From: Escherichia coli
GTDB lineage: Bacteria > Pseudomonadota > Gammaproteobacteria > Enterobacterales > Enterobacteriaceae
Assembly (NCBI RefSeq): GCF_048403405.1
Contig: NZ_CP183129.1
Strand: one strand, 5' to 3'
DNA: 64,000 bases
In this document: positions 43,319 to 51,970 of the stretch, in pieces
How positions within the stretch are numbered: the stretch's first letter is position 1
Layout: each line of letters starts with the position of its first letter
Program-made: the position numbers and the translations under genes
Notes under the pieces: generated by a model
The model's input: only the letters and a program-made list of their open reading frames with translations
Databases searched by the model: none
What the model was told of the DNA's origin: nothing

Positions 43319-43574
43319 CGCCATAGTCGCTAAATCTGATGATTAAGCTCACACAATTTCAACGATTTTTTTAATCTCAAAACCATACAGCATCAAAAAA
43401 TTTGTTGCTGTATGCCACTCTTTGACTCCCTTCACATTCGTCATCACACCACCTGCTGAATGCAAAAATTTCGTTGCTGTGCGGCAAACTTTTTTCCTGT
43501 TTTGTGCCGCTTTTCTCCTGAATACTCGTTCTCAGAACAACTGGATCGTTTAAACATCAGACAGGAGATTTACC

Positions 43575-44243
43575 ATGACGCAATCCATTTTTCAGGCTCA
43601 ACCCTTTGAATTACCTTTTGATCCGCGCACAACTGCACTGGTCATGATCGACATGCAGCGTGACTTTGTCGAAGCAGGGGGCTTCGGTGAGGCACTGGGC
43701 AATGATGTTTCACTGGTACGCACGGCTATCGCACCATGTACAGAGGTGCTGGCAGCCGCACGTCAAAAAGGAATTATGGTTATTCATACTCGTGAAGGCC
43801 ATCGTGCAGACTTAAGCGACTGCCCGCCAGCCAAACTGACGCGCGGCGGAAAAACCTTTATTGGTGAACCAGGACCGATGGGACGCATTCTGGTCAGAGG
43901 TGAAGCAGGTCATGACATCATTCCTGAACTGTACCCGGTGGCAGGCGAACCGGTGATTGATAAGCCTGGCAAAGGCGCGTTTTATCAAACCGACTTACAT
44001 CTGATTTTGCAAAACCACGGTATCAAGACGCTGATAGTTTGTGGTGTAACAACCGAAGTTTGCGTAACCACCACCGTGCGCGAAGCAAATGATCGTGGCT
44101 ATGAATGCATTATCCCGGAAGATTGTGTCGGCTCCTATTTCCCGGAATTCCAGAAATACGCCCTCGAGATGATCAAAGCACAAGGTGCCATTTTCGGTTG
44201 GGTTACTGATTCCAAAGCCATTATTGCAGGTCTGGAAGGCTAA
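43575..44243 (+). CDS. isochorismatase-family cysteine amidohydrolase (RutB / biuret hydrolase / N-carbamoylsarcosine amidase-like); first gene of accessory module A
   Basis: 222 aa; SD AGGAG; VMIDMQRDF Asp motif and the C-G-V-T-T-E-V-C-V nucleophile region typical of isochorismatase-like hydrolases; exact enzyme not determinable. Confidence 0.78.
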   Translation: MTQSIFQAQPFELPFDPRTTALVMIDMQRDFVEAGGFGEALGNDVSLVRTAIAPCTEVLAAARQKGIMVIHTREGHRADLSDCPPAKLTRGGKTFIGEPGPMGRILVRGEAGHDIIPELYPVAGEPVIDKPGKGAFYQTDLHLILQNHGIKTLIVCGVTTEVCVTTTVREANDRGYECIIPEDCVGSYFPEFQKYALEMIKAQGAIFGWVTDSKAIIAGLEG

Positions 44244-44248
44244 CGCCG

Positions 44249-45109
44249 ATGGCACAGATTACGCTTTGCGCATCGTCGTTGGGATATCTTTTCCCGCAGA
44301 ATGAAACGCAAGATTTACGTCTGCATAGCGCTTTTAAACATGCGGTAAATCTGTATTCAGAAGCGGGAACATTCATCACTCTGTTGTGTGCGCAAACGTA
44401 TCTGAATCTCCCTGATGCTGCCAGAGTCTGGCTACCTGAATGTTGGGACTGGCGAAGAGAGATTGCCCATTCCGATCCCGTTCAGTTAACCCCAGGCTTA
44501 CTGCAGACACCTCGCTTTTGTGTGGCTCTCGATAACGCAACGCTCTGGCAGCCGTCATTTGTGGGAGGAAGGCTGACACTTGAGGCGTTCCCTTTGGTTT
44601 TCCAGCACTACCCAACGATGGCATCGCAACGGCTTTTATTTTGTCTGGAGCATAACGTTCAAAGCACATTGCACCTGCCGGATAGTCTCACGCACCAGGG
44701 ATTAGCGATTATGGAACATCCAGATGCGCTGGAACGCCAGGTGCCACAACTGATCGGCTTTGGTAAAGGCTTAACGCCCGATGGAGATGACTATTTGTTG
44801 GGCTATCTGGCAGCACTCTGGTTATGGCAACTCCCTGCACCACTTGCCGATCATCAATACCGGTTGCAGCAGGCAATTGATCAACATGCGCACAACACCA
44901 CGGATATCAGTCGTCATTATCTGGAGCGTGCGCTTCAGGGACATTTTTCAGAACCGATTTGCCAGTTACTCGCACAACTGGTTGGGAGCGCATCGGCAAT
45001 GACAATCGCATCCTGTGCAGAACAGGTCATGCAATTTGGCGCAACGTCAGGAGTAGATTGCCTTGCAGGAATGCTGCATGGCTTTCGAACCCTGAACACC
45101 ATGAATTGA
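44249..45109 (+). CDS. DUF2877-like protein (YahE/YlbF-type)
   Basis: 286 aa; 5 nt after the upstream stop; G-rich loop IGFGKGLTPDGDD; family assignment is by size and gene context (recalled family), not by search. Confidence 0.55.
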   Translation: MAQITLCASSLGYLFPQNETQDLRLHSAFKHAVNLYSEAGTFITLLCAQTYLNLPDAARVWLPECWDWRREIAHSDPVQLTPGLLQTPRFCVALDNATLWQPSFVGGRLTLEAFPLVFQHYPTMASQRLLFCLEHNVQSTLHLPDSLTHQGLAIMEHPDALERQVPQLIGFGKGLTPDGDDYLLGYLAALWLWQLPAPLADHQYRLQQAIDQHAHNTTDISRHYLERALQGHFSEPICQLLAQLVGSASAMTIASCAEQVMQFGATSGVDCLAGMLHGFRTLNTMN

Positions 45110-45203
45110 TTTCAACCTTTTCTCCTGTAGCTCATTTATGGCGCTACACGGGGATGCTTTGCCCGAATTTTACTATCGGGCGGAATGAAACAGGCGTAAC
45201 AGC

Positions 45204-46763
45204 ATGAAAGTTAAATATAAAGTTTTCAGTAATCTTTATCAGGACTCAGTTTCTCTGATGCAGATTTCCGCGCAAATCAGCAAGTTGCCCGGTATTCAAC
45301 AGGCCTCGGTCGTCATGGGAACACCCAATAATCTCGAACAATTGCGCGATGCGGGTCTGGGTAACGAAATCAACGCCAGTCCCAATGATTTAGTGATTGC
45401 AGTCATGGGTGAAGAAGATATTTGCAATGAAGCACTGGCACTGGCCCAGCAACGTCTGACCAGCAAACCCGATGATGAAACGGATAGTGGCATTAAAACA
45501 CCGGAAAATGTCAGCCTGGACATGGCACTGGAAGCCGAACCCGAAGCCAACCTGGCACTCATTTCTGTACCGGGAGACTACGCCGCCGCCGAAGCAATTA
45601 AAGCGTTAAACCTCGGAATGAACGTGATGATGTTCAGCGATAACGTCAGTATCGCGCAGGAAAAATCCATCAAAATACTTGCCCGAGAACGTCAGCGCAT
45701 CGTAATGGGACCTGACTGTGGAACCGCCATTGTTAACGGCATTCCGTTAGGCTTCGCTAATGTGGTGAAACGCGGAGCAATTGGTGTTATTGGCGCGTCA
45801 GGCACCGGGCTACAGGAAGTGACTTGCCGAATCGACCAGCTCGGAGCGGGTATTTCTCAGGCGCTGGGAACAGGCGGGCATGATCTCAGTGAAGAGATTG
45901 GTGGAATATCGATGCTCTTCGCTTTAGATGCGCTGGCGCAAGACGATGAAACTCGCGTAATTGTGCTGATTTCAAAACCGCCTTCACCGATCGTTGCCCG
46001 GACTATTCTGGAGCGTGCCGAGGCTTGTGGAAAACCCGTGGTGGTGAATTTCCTCGGTGCGAATCCGCATGATCTGGCACGTCCCAATATCACTGCCGCC
46101 ACCACACTTGCCAGCGCCGCCGACATCGCTGTGGCGTTACTGAATGCTCAGCCACTTCCGGCTGTCGAGACCGAGATTTCCTGCGCCGATCTCACAATGT
46201 TACAAAACGCCTGTCAGCGCCTGCCAGCCCATCGCCAGGCGATACGCGGTGTTTTCGCCGGAGGAACCTTCTGCTACGAAGCGCAACTTATCTGCCAGCA
46301 AAAGGGATTCCGCGCCGCCTCCAATACGCCAGTTGCGAGTAATCGTACTCTGGCAAATATCTGGCAAAGCGAAGATCACACGCTGATCGATATGGGCGAC
46401 GATGATTTCACCCGTGGCAAACCGCATCCAATGATCGACCCGACTCTGCGCAATCAACGTCTGCTCAACGAACTCAACGACTCACACACTGCCGTCGTGT
46501 TATTCGACCTGGTACTTGGTTATGGCGCTTCCGCTACACCTGCCAGCGAATTACTGGACCAACTTTCACACATCGACATGAATAACGCACCGTTGCTGAT
46601 TGCGCACGTTTGCGGAACGGAAGCTGATCCGCAAATACGCAGTCAGCAGATAAGCGCACTACAAAATGCGGGCATCATCATTGCCAGCAGCAATGCACAG
46701 GCGGCGCTATGGGCCAGCGTCGTTGCGCAGACTCAGTTGCAGAAAAAGGGGCTAAACGCATGA
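45204..46763 (+). CDS. FdrA-like protein (NDP-forming acyl-CoA synthetase / succinyl-CoA synthetase alpha-like fold)
   Basis: 519 aa; shares recalled FdrA blocks: QDSVSLM, LALISVPG-YAA, NVMMFSDNV, VMGPDCGT, GVIGASGTG, DMGDDDFTRGKPHPMIDPTLRNQ. Confidence 0.7.
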   Translation: MKVKYKVFSNLYQDSVSLMQISAQISKLPGIQQASVVMGTPNNLEQLRDAGLGNEINASPNDLVIAVMGEEDICNEALALAQQRLTSKPDDETDSGIKTPENVSLDMALEAEPEANLALISVPGDYAAAEAIKALNLGMNVMMFSDNVSIAQEKSIKILARERQRIVMGPDCGTAIVNGIPLGFANVVKRGAIGVIGASGTGLQEVTCRIDQLGAGISQALGTGGHDLSEEIGGISMLFALDALAQDDETRVIVLISKPPSPIVARTILERAEACGKPVVVNFLGANPHDLARPNITAATTLASAADIAVALLNAQPLPAVETEISCADLTMLQNACQRLPAHRQAIRGVFAGGTFCYEAQLICQQKGFRAASNTPVASNRTLANIWQSEDHTLIDMGDDDFTRGKPHPMIDPTLRNQRLLNELNDSHTAVVLFDLVLGYGASATPASELLDQLSHIDMNNAPLLIAHVCGTEADPQIRSQQISALQNAGIIIASSNAQAALWASVVAQTQLQKKGLNA

Positions 46764-48184
46764 ATACCTTATTTAATCAGCCTTTGAAGGTTGTGAACGC
46801 GGGACTACACAGTTTTGCTGACAATATTCAACATGCCGGGGGAAGCGCAATTGCACTCAACTGGCAGCCACCAGCACAAGGCGATATTGACGCTGGATTG
46901 GATCTGGCATCGTTGCTACGTCATCCACTGGTAGAAAATGCCAACCAAATCGCCATGACACGTTATCTCGAAGCACAGCCCGTGCTGGTAGATGTCATGC
47001 TCGCTAAAGAGGCCATTCCAGCAATGGCTGAACAAAAACGTATTTTGCACTCTGGCCCGCCGATTGCCTGGGAAGAGATGTGTGGTCCGGTAAAAGGGGC
47101 GATTATTGGTGCCATGCTGTACGAAGGTTGGGCCACCAGCCAGCAAGACGCTGAAAACCAGATAAACGCAGGCGAAATCGACCTTGCCCCTTGTCATCAT
47201 TATCACGCGGTTGGCCCAATGGCTGGCATCATCAGCCCGTCGATGCCGTTATGGGTGGTAGAAAACAAAACCAACGGCCACCGTACTTTTAGCAATTTCA
47301 ATGAAGGTCTGGGTAAGGTTCTCCGTTTTGGCGCCAATAACGATGAAGTTCTCAATCGTCTGGCCTGGATGCGCGATGAACTGGCGCCGGCAATGAAAGC
47401 AGCAATCGCACAACACGGCGAGCTGGAACTCAAGCCATTAATGGCGCAGGCGCTGCATATGGGGGATGAAGTTCATAACCGCAATGCTGCCGCTACCGGT
47501 TTGCTGATTAAGCGCCTGCTCCCGGCATTGCTGGCCTGCTCTCTTCCACAGGAACATATCCAGCGCGTCGTGGCATTTATCACCGGTAACGATCACTTCT
47601 TCCTCAATCTGTCGATGGCTGCCTGTAAAGCAATGATGGATGCCGCCGCCAATGTACCGTTCAGTTCAATGGTTACGGTGATGGCGCGTAACGGGGTGAA
47701 TTTTGGTATTCGGCTTTCCGGTACTGGCGATCGCTGGTTCCAGGCTCCTGCCAATGCCGTTGAAGGTCTGTTCTTCCCCGGATTTGGCGTTGACGACGCT
47801 GCTGCTGACCTGGGTGATAGCGCAATTACTGAAACCGCAGGTGTGGGTGGCTTCGCGATGGCGTCGTCTCCGGCGATCGTCAAATTTGTGGGAGGCACCC
47901 CTGCCGATGCCACCAATAACAGCCGTCGGATGCAAGCCATCACCCTCGGCGGTAACCCCGCATTTACACTTCCAGCCCTCAATTTTGCCCCCACCGCAGC
48001 AGGGATTGATGCGCGTAAAGTGACCGATCGCGGCATTTTACCGGTCATCAATACGGGTATCGCCCACAAACAAGCGGGGGTCGGGCAAATTGGTGCCGGG
48101 ATCACCACTGCGCCGATGGCCTGTTTTGTCGCCGCTGTACGTGCACTGGCGGAGATCGTCGCAAAGGAGAACCATCATGGTTAA
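46760..48184 (+). CDS. DUF1116-like protein (YlbE/YahG-type)
   Basis: 474 aa from MNTLFNQPLKVVNAGLHSF; ATG overlaps the upstream TGA (ATGA coupling); size and position match the YahG/YlbE partner of FdrA-like proteins (recalled). Confidence 0.6.
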   Translation: MNTLFNQPLKVVNAGLHSFADNIQHAGGSAIALNWQPPAQGDIDAGLDLASLLRHPLVENANQIAMTRYLEAQPVLVDVMLAKEAIPAMAEQKRILHSGPPIAWEEMCGPVKGAIIGAMLYEGWATSQQDAENQINAGEIDLAPCHHYHAVGPMAGIISPSMPLWVVENKTNGHRTFSNFNEGLGKVLRFGANNDEVLNRLAWMRDELAPAMKAAIAQHGELELKPLMAQALHMGDEVHNRNAAATGLLIKRLLPALLACSLPQEHIQRVVAFITGNDHFFLNLSMAACKAMMDAAANVPFSSMVTVMARNGVNFGIRLSGTGDRWFQAPANAVEGLFFPGFGVDDAAADLGDSAITETAGVGGFAMASSPAIVKFVGGTPADATNNSRRMQAITLGGNPAFTLPALNFAPTAAGIDARKVTDRGILPVINTGIAHKQAGVGQIGAGITTAPMACFVAAVRALAEIVAKENHHG

Positions 48185-49133
48185 GCCACTGGCTGTTGTC
48201 GCGGTTGGCGGCAATGCGCTCATTCAGGACGAGCAACGCAATAGTATTCCCGATCAATATGTTGCAGTGATGGAAAGCGTGCAGCATATCGTTGATATGG
48301 TTGAAGCCGGATGGGACCTGGTGCTAACCCACGGTAATGGCCCGCAGGTGGGCTTTATTCTGCGCCGCTCTGAACTCGCCAGTAACGAAGTTTCTCCGGT
48401 TCCACTTGATTACGCCGTGGGTGATACACAAGGTGCAATTGGCTACATGTTCCAGAAAGCGCTGCATTACGAATTGGCTCGCCGTGGCATAAACAAACCG
48501 GTAATTGCCCTGGTGACACAAACGCGAGTCAGCCCACATGACGATGCTTTCGCCAACCCCAGTAAACCGATTGGCGCGTTTCTCGATGAAGCAACGGCCC
48601 AACAACGCCAACAACAACTCGGCTGGACGCTGATGGAGGACGCCGGGCGTGGTTGGCGGCGTACAGTTCCCTCTCCTGCACCACTGGAAATTATTGAGCA
48701 CGACACCATCGCTCACCTGGTGCGCCAGGGATATCTGGTTATTGCCTGCGGCGGCGGCGGTATTCCGGTGGTGCGAGACGGGCAACAACTGAAAGGTGTA
48801 GAAGCCGTGATCGATAAAGATCTGGCCTCCGCGCTGCTCGCCAGTCAGTTAGGCGCAGATCTGCTGGTGATCCCCACCGGTGTAGAAAAAGTGGCGATTA
48901 ACTTTGGTACACCACAACAACAGTGGCTCGACGCTATCAGCGTTGCCGAAGCGCAAACGCTGTTGCGGGAAGGTCAGTTTGGTGTCGGCAGTATGCAACC
49001 CAAAGTGGAAGCCATTGTTGATTTCATCAATGCCAGCCAGCAACAAGGCAAACAGGCCAGCGGCCTGATTACTTCACCGCAAACCATAAAAGCAGCCCTG
49101 GCGCATCAGAGCGGTACATGGATAACCCTTTAA
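48177..49133 (+). CDS. carbamate kinase
   Basis: 318 aa from MVKPLAVVAVGGNALIQDEQ; SD AAGGAGA; carbamate/amino-acid kinase motifs VVAVGGNAL and IACGGGGIPV; start overlaps the upstream gene by 8 nt. Confidence 0.85.
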   Translation: MVKPLAVVAVGGNALIQDEQRNSIPDQYVAVMESVQHIVDMVEAGWDLVLTHGNGPQVGFILRRSELASNEVSPVPLDYAVGDTQGAIGYMFQKALHYELARRGINKPVIALVTQTRVSPHDDAFANPSKPIGAFLDEATAQQRQQQLGWTLMEDAGRGWRRTVPSPAPLEIIEHDTIAHLVRQGYLVIACGGGGIPVVRDGQQLKGVEAVIDKDLASALLASQLGADLLVIPTGVEKVAINFGTPQQQWLDAISVAEAQTLLREGQFGVGSMQPKVEAIVDFINASQQQGKQASGLITSPQTIKAALAHQSGTWITL

Positions 49134-49149
49134 ATCTCTGGAGAACACA

Positions 49150-49539
49150 ATGACTACAACGCTTTTAGCCGTTAACGGAACGCTGATGCGCGGCCTGGAA
49201 CTCAACCCAAATATGAAAAAAGCGGGCGGTATTTTTGTCCGTGAAGACCGAACTGACGCCCATTACCGGTTGTGGAGTATTAACGATCGCCATCCGGGAA
49301 TGATTCGCGTGAATGAAGGAGGAACACACGTCGACGTAGAAATTTGGCAATTACCGCTGGCCAGTTTTGCCGCTCTGTTAATGAGCGAACCCGCTGGGCT
49401 GGCAATTGGCAAAATCAAACTTGCCGATGGTAGCGAAGTGCTGGGCGTACTGGCAGAAAACTGGCTGACCGAAGGCCAACGGGAAATTACAGAACTGGGC
49501 GGCTGGCGCAAATACACCGGGCATTTTCATACTGTGTAA
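49150..49539 (+). CDS. small GGCT/AIG2-like protein (gamma-glutamyl cyclotransferase-like fold), function unknown
   Basis: 129 aa; N-terminal LLAVNGTLMRG resembles the YGSL/GTLxxG motif of AIG2/GGCT-like proteins; weak, motif-based. Confidence 0.45.
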   Translation: MTTTLLAVNGTLMRGLELNPNMKKAGGIFVREDRTDAHYRLWSINDRHPGMIRVNEGGTHVDVEIWQLPLASFAALLMSEPAGLAIGKIKLADGSEVLGVLAENWLTEGQREITELGGWRKYTGHFHTV

Positions 49540-49564
49540 CGCGCATTTATAAAGGGAACATACT

Positions 49565-50788
49565 ATGCGTAAAAAAGAAGAGAATCTGAATACGGCATCA
49601 GGATTGCGTATTGCCATGATTTTGCTGGGTATTGCCGTCACACCTGTGCTGTTGTCATCCTCAAGCCTCGGCAATCAACTTTCCAGCGGCAGTTTAATTA
49701 GCGTCGTATTGTTAGGCGGCGTCATTCTGACCTTACTTTCAGCCATCACCATTAGCGTGGGAGAAAAAGCCCGCCTGCCAACGTATGGCATTGTGAAATA
49801 TTCGTTTGGCGAAAAAGGGGCCATCGCCATTAACATTTTGATGGCGATAAGTCTGTTCGGCTGGATTGCCGTTACCGCCAATATGTTTGGTCATTCGGTA
49901 CATGACTTACTGGCTCAACATGGACTGGAAGTTCCACTGGCACTGTTAGTGGCGGCTGGCTGTGTCATTTTTGTCGCCTCTACGGCATTTGGCTTTGCCG
50001 TTCTGGGAAAAATTGCCCAGGTTGCCGTGCCGGTTATCGCGCTGGTGCTGTGTTACATCCTCTATGTGGCAACCCATACCGAAGTGGCAGTACCAGCGGC
50101 GATTGTGGAGATGAATACAGGTGTCGCCGTTTCCACCGTTGTTGGCACCATTATTGTGCTGGTTGCCACACTGCCTGATTTCGGTAGTTTTGTGCATAAC
50201 CGCAAACATGCACTGATTGCCGCAGGCGTGACGTTTCTGGTTGCCTACCCTCTGCTCTACTGGGCGGGTGCAACGCCGAGCGCCATTAGTGGTCAGGGAT
50301 CTTTACTGGGTGCGATGGCGGTATTCGGTGCGGTTCTGCCTGCGGCGCTGTTGTTGATTTTCGCCTGCGTCACCGGTAACGCGGGCAATATGTTCCAGGG
50401 CACGCTGGTGGTTTCCACACTGCTTACCCGCTTTCCCAAATGGCAGATTACCGTGGCGCTGGGTATCCTTTCCGCCATCGTAGGCAGTATGGATATTATG
50501 GCGTGGTTTATTCCGTTTCTGCTGTTCCTGGGTATCGCCACGCCACCCGTTGCCGGAATTTATATCGCTGACTTTTTCCTTTATCGCCGTAATGGCTATC
50601 AAGAGTCAGTGTTAGCCCAGGAGTCACAGATTAAAGTGCTGACATTCGCAGCATGGATCATAGGCGCAGCGGTTGGCTTTATGACCGTAAAAGGCTTATT
50701 CACCCTGACGACGATCCCTTCGGTAGACTCGATTCTGGTGGCATGTATCGCGTATGCGATTCTCAGTCGGGCAAGTCAACACCGCTAA
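49565..50788 (+). CDS. NCS1-family permease (CodB-like nucleobase/cytosine-type transporter)
   Basis: 407 aa, multi-TM; C-terminal block IPPVAGIYIADFFLYRRNGY closely resembles the recalled CodB IPPVGGVIIADYLMNRRRYE. Confidence 0.75.
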   Translation: MRKKEENLNTASGLRIAMILLGIAVTPVLLSSSSLGNQLSSGSLISVVLLGGVILTLLSAITISVGEKARLPTYGIVKYSFGEKGAIAINILMAISLFGWIAVTANMFGHSVHDLLAQHGLEVPLALLVAAGCVIFVASTAFGFAVLGKIAQVAVPVIALVLCYILYVATHTEVAVPAAIVEMNTGVAVSTVVGTIIVLVATLPDFGSFVHNRKHALIAAGVTFLVAYPLLYWAGATPSAISGQGSLLGAMAVFGAVLPAALLLIFACVTGNAGNMFQGTLVVSTLLTRFPKWQITVALGILSAIVGSMDIMAWFIPFLLFLGIATPPVAGIYIADFFLYRRNGYQESVLAQESQIKVLTFAAWIIGAAVGFMTVKGLFTLTTIPSVDSILVACIAYAILSRASQHR

Positions 50789-50865
50789 TTCCTGGGTATA
50801 CTCAGGCAATGATTACGGCTGAATCTGGAGAGATTCAGCCACTTTACCACTGACCAGGGAGCCTT

Positions 50866-51771
50866 ATGTTCATCTCAGACGAAACGCTTCGTGTTATTCA
50901 TCTGGTCGCCAGACACCAGAGCATTACCATCGCAGCCGAGCAGTTAAATAAAGTCCCTTCCGCCATCAGTTACACCATCAAGAAAGCGGAAGAGAGCCTG
51001 GGCGTTGAACTGTTCATTCGTAAGGGACGCTATATTGAATTATCGCCAGCGGGAAGTTACTTCATCGAACATAGCAAAACTATTCTTGGCGACCTGGAAG
51101 CATTAAAGCGCAACACAGTGCTGATTCACGATGGTATTGAGCGTGAACTGACAATTGCGGTAAACAATATTATTCCTGGTAATTTGCTGGTGGCATTTAT
51201 TCGAGATTTTGAACGGCAATTCACATCAACAACACTGACGGTAGATCTTGAGGTATACAACGGCTGCTGGGATGCGCTGTACAGTAAGCGTGCTGATCTG
51301 GTCTACGGTGCTCCTCATGCAGTACCAAGTAGTGAAGGCATCATTAGCGAACCGGTCGGACAAATGGAATGGGATTTTGTCGTCAGCCCACTCCACCCAC
51401 TGGCAGCGAAGCGGCATCCATTAGAAAACAGTGAATTGCGTCATTATCCAGCGGTTTGTATCCGCGATACCTCCGTTAACTTCCCCCCGATGCAAGCCTG
51501 GTTGTTGGAAGGACAAAAACCCATTTTTGTTCCTGACTTCGCTACGGCAATCGCCTTAATAGAACAAAACGTCGGTATTGGTTATATTCCACATCATCTG
51601 GCATTGCCGTTATTGAACAGCGGTAAATTGCTTAAAAAGCCAATGCGCGAACATAAACACGCCACCAAGTTATTTCTTGCCGCTCGTTCCGATGGTATGG
51701 GCAAAGCCTGTCAGTGGTGCATAGAATATTTAAGAAACCCGCAATTAATGACACGATTTGTATTTAATTGA
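50866..51771 (+). CDS. LysR-family transcriptional regulator
   Basis: 301 aa; N-terminal wHTH (SITIAAEQLNKVPSAISYTIKKAEESLGVELFIRKGR) and LysR substrate-binding domain; SD GGGAG. Confidence 0.85.
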   Translation: MFISDETLRVIHLVARHQSITIAAEQLNKVPSAISYTIKKAEESLGVELFIRKGRYIELSPAGSYFIEHSKTILGDLEALKRNTVLIHDGIERELTIAVNNIIPGNLLVAFIRDFERQFTSTTLTVDLEVYNGCWDALYSKRADLVYGAPHAVPSSEGIISEPVGQMEWDFVVSPLHPLAAKRHPLENSELRHYPAVCIRDTSVNFPPMQAWLLEGQKPIFVPDFATAIALIEQNVGIGYIPHHLALPLLNSGKLLKKPMREHKHATKLFLAARSDGMGKACQWCIEYLRNPQLMTRFVFN

Positions 51772-51970
51772 CAATACAATGATAAAAATATAAGTCTTGC
51801 TTTAATTAGAGCGCCCGTTTAAATTATTTTTGTGCAGTTGACGTAACTCATGAAAATTAACCGGTCTGTTAATCATTACGTTCACTGCACACCTTCATTT
51901 TTTCACACCTATCCACGCCTGAAAACTATGTTATAATCAGCACTTTCTGTCAGAATGAAATTTACTAATT

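Noticed and set aside
43422-43427. TTGACT hexamer upstream of module A as a sigma-70 -35 element
   Set aside because: No acceptable -10 hexamer lies 16-18 bp downstream, so a promoter call is not supported.
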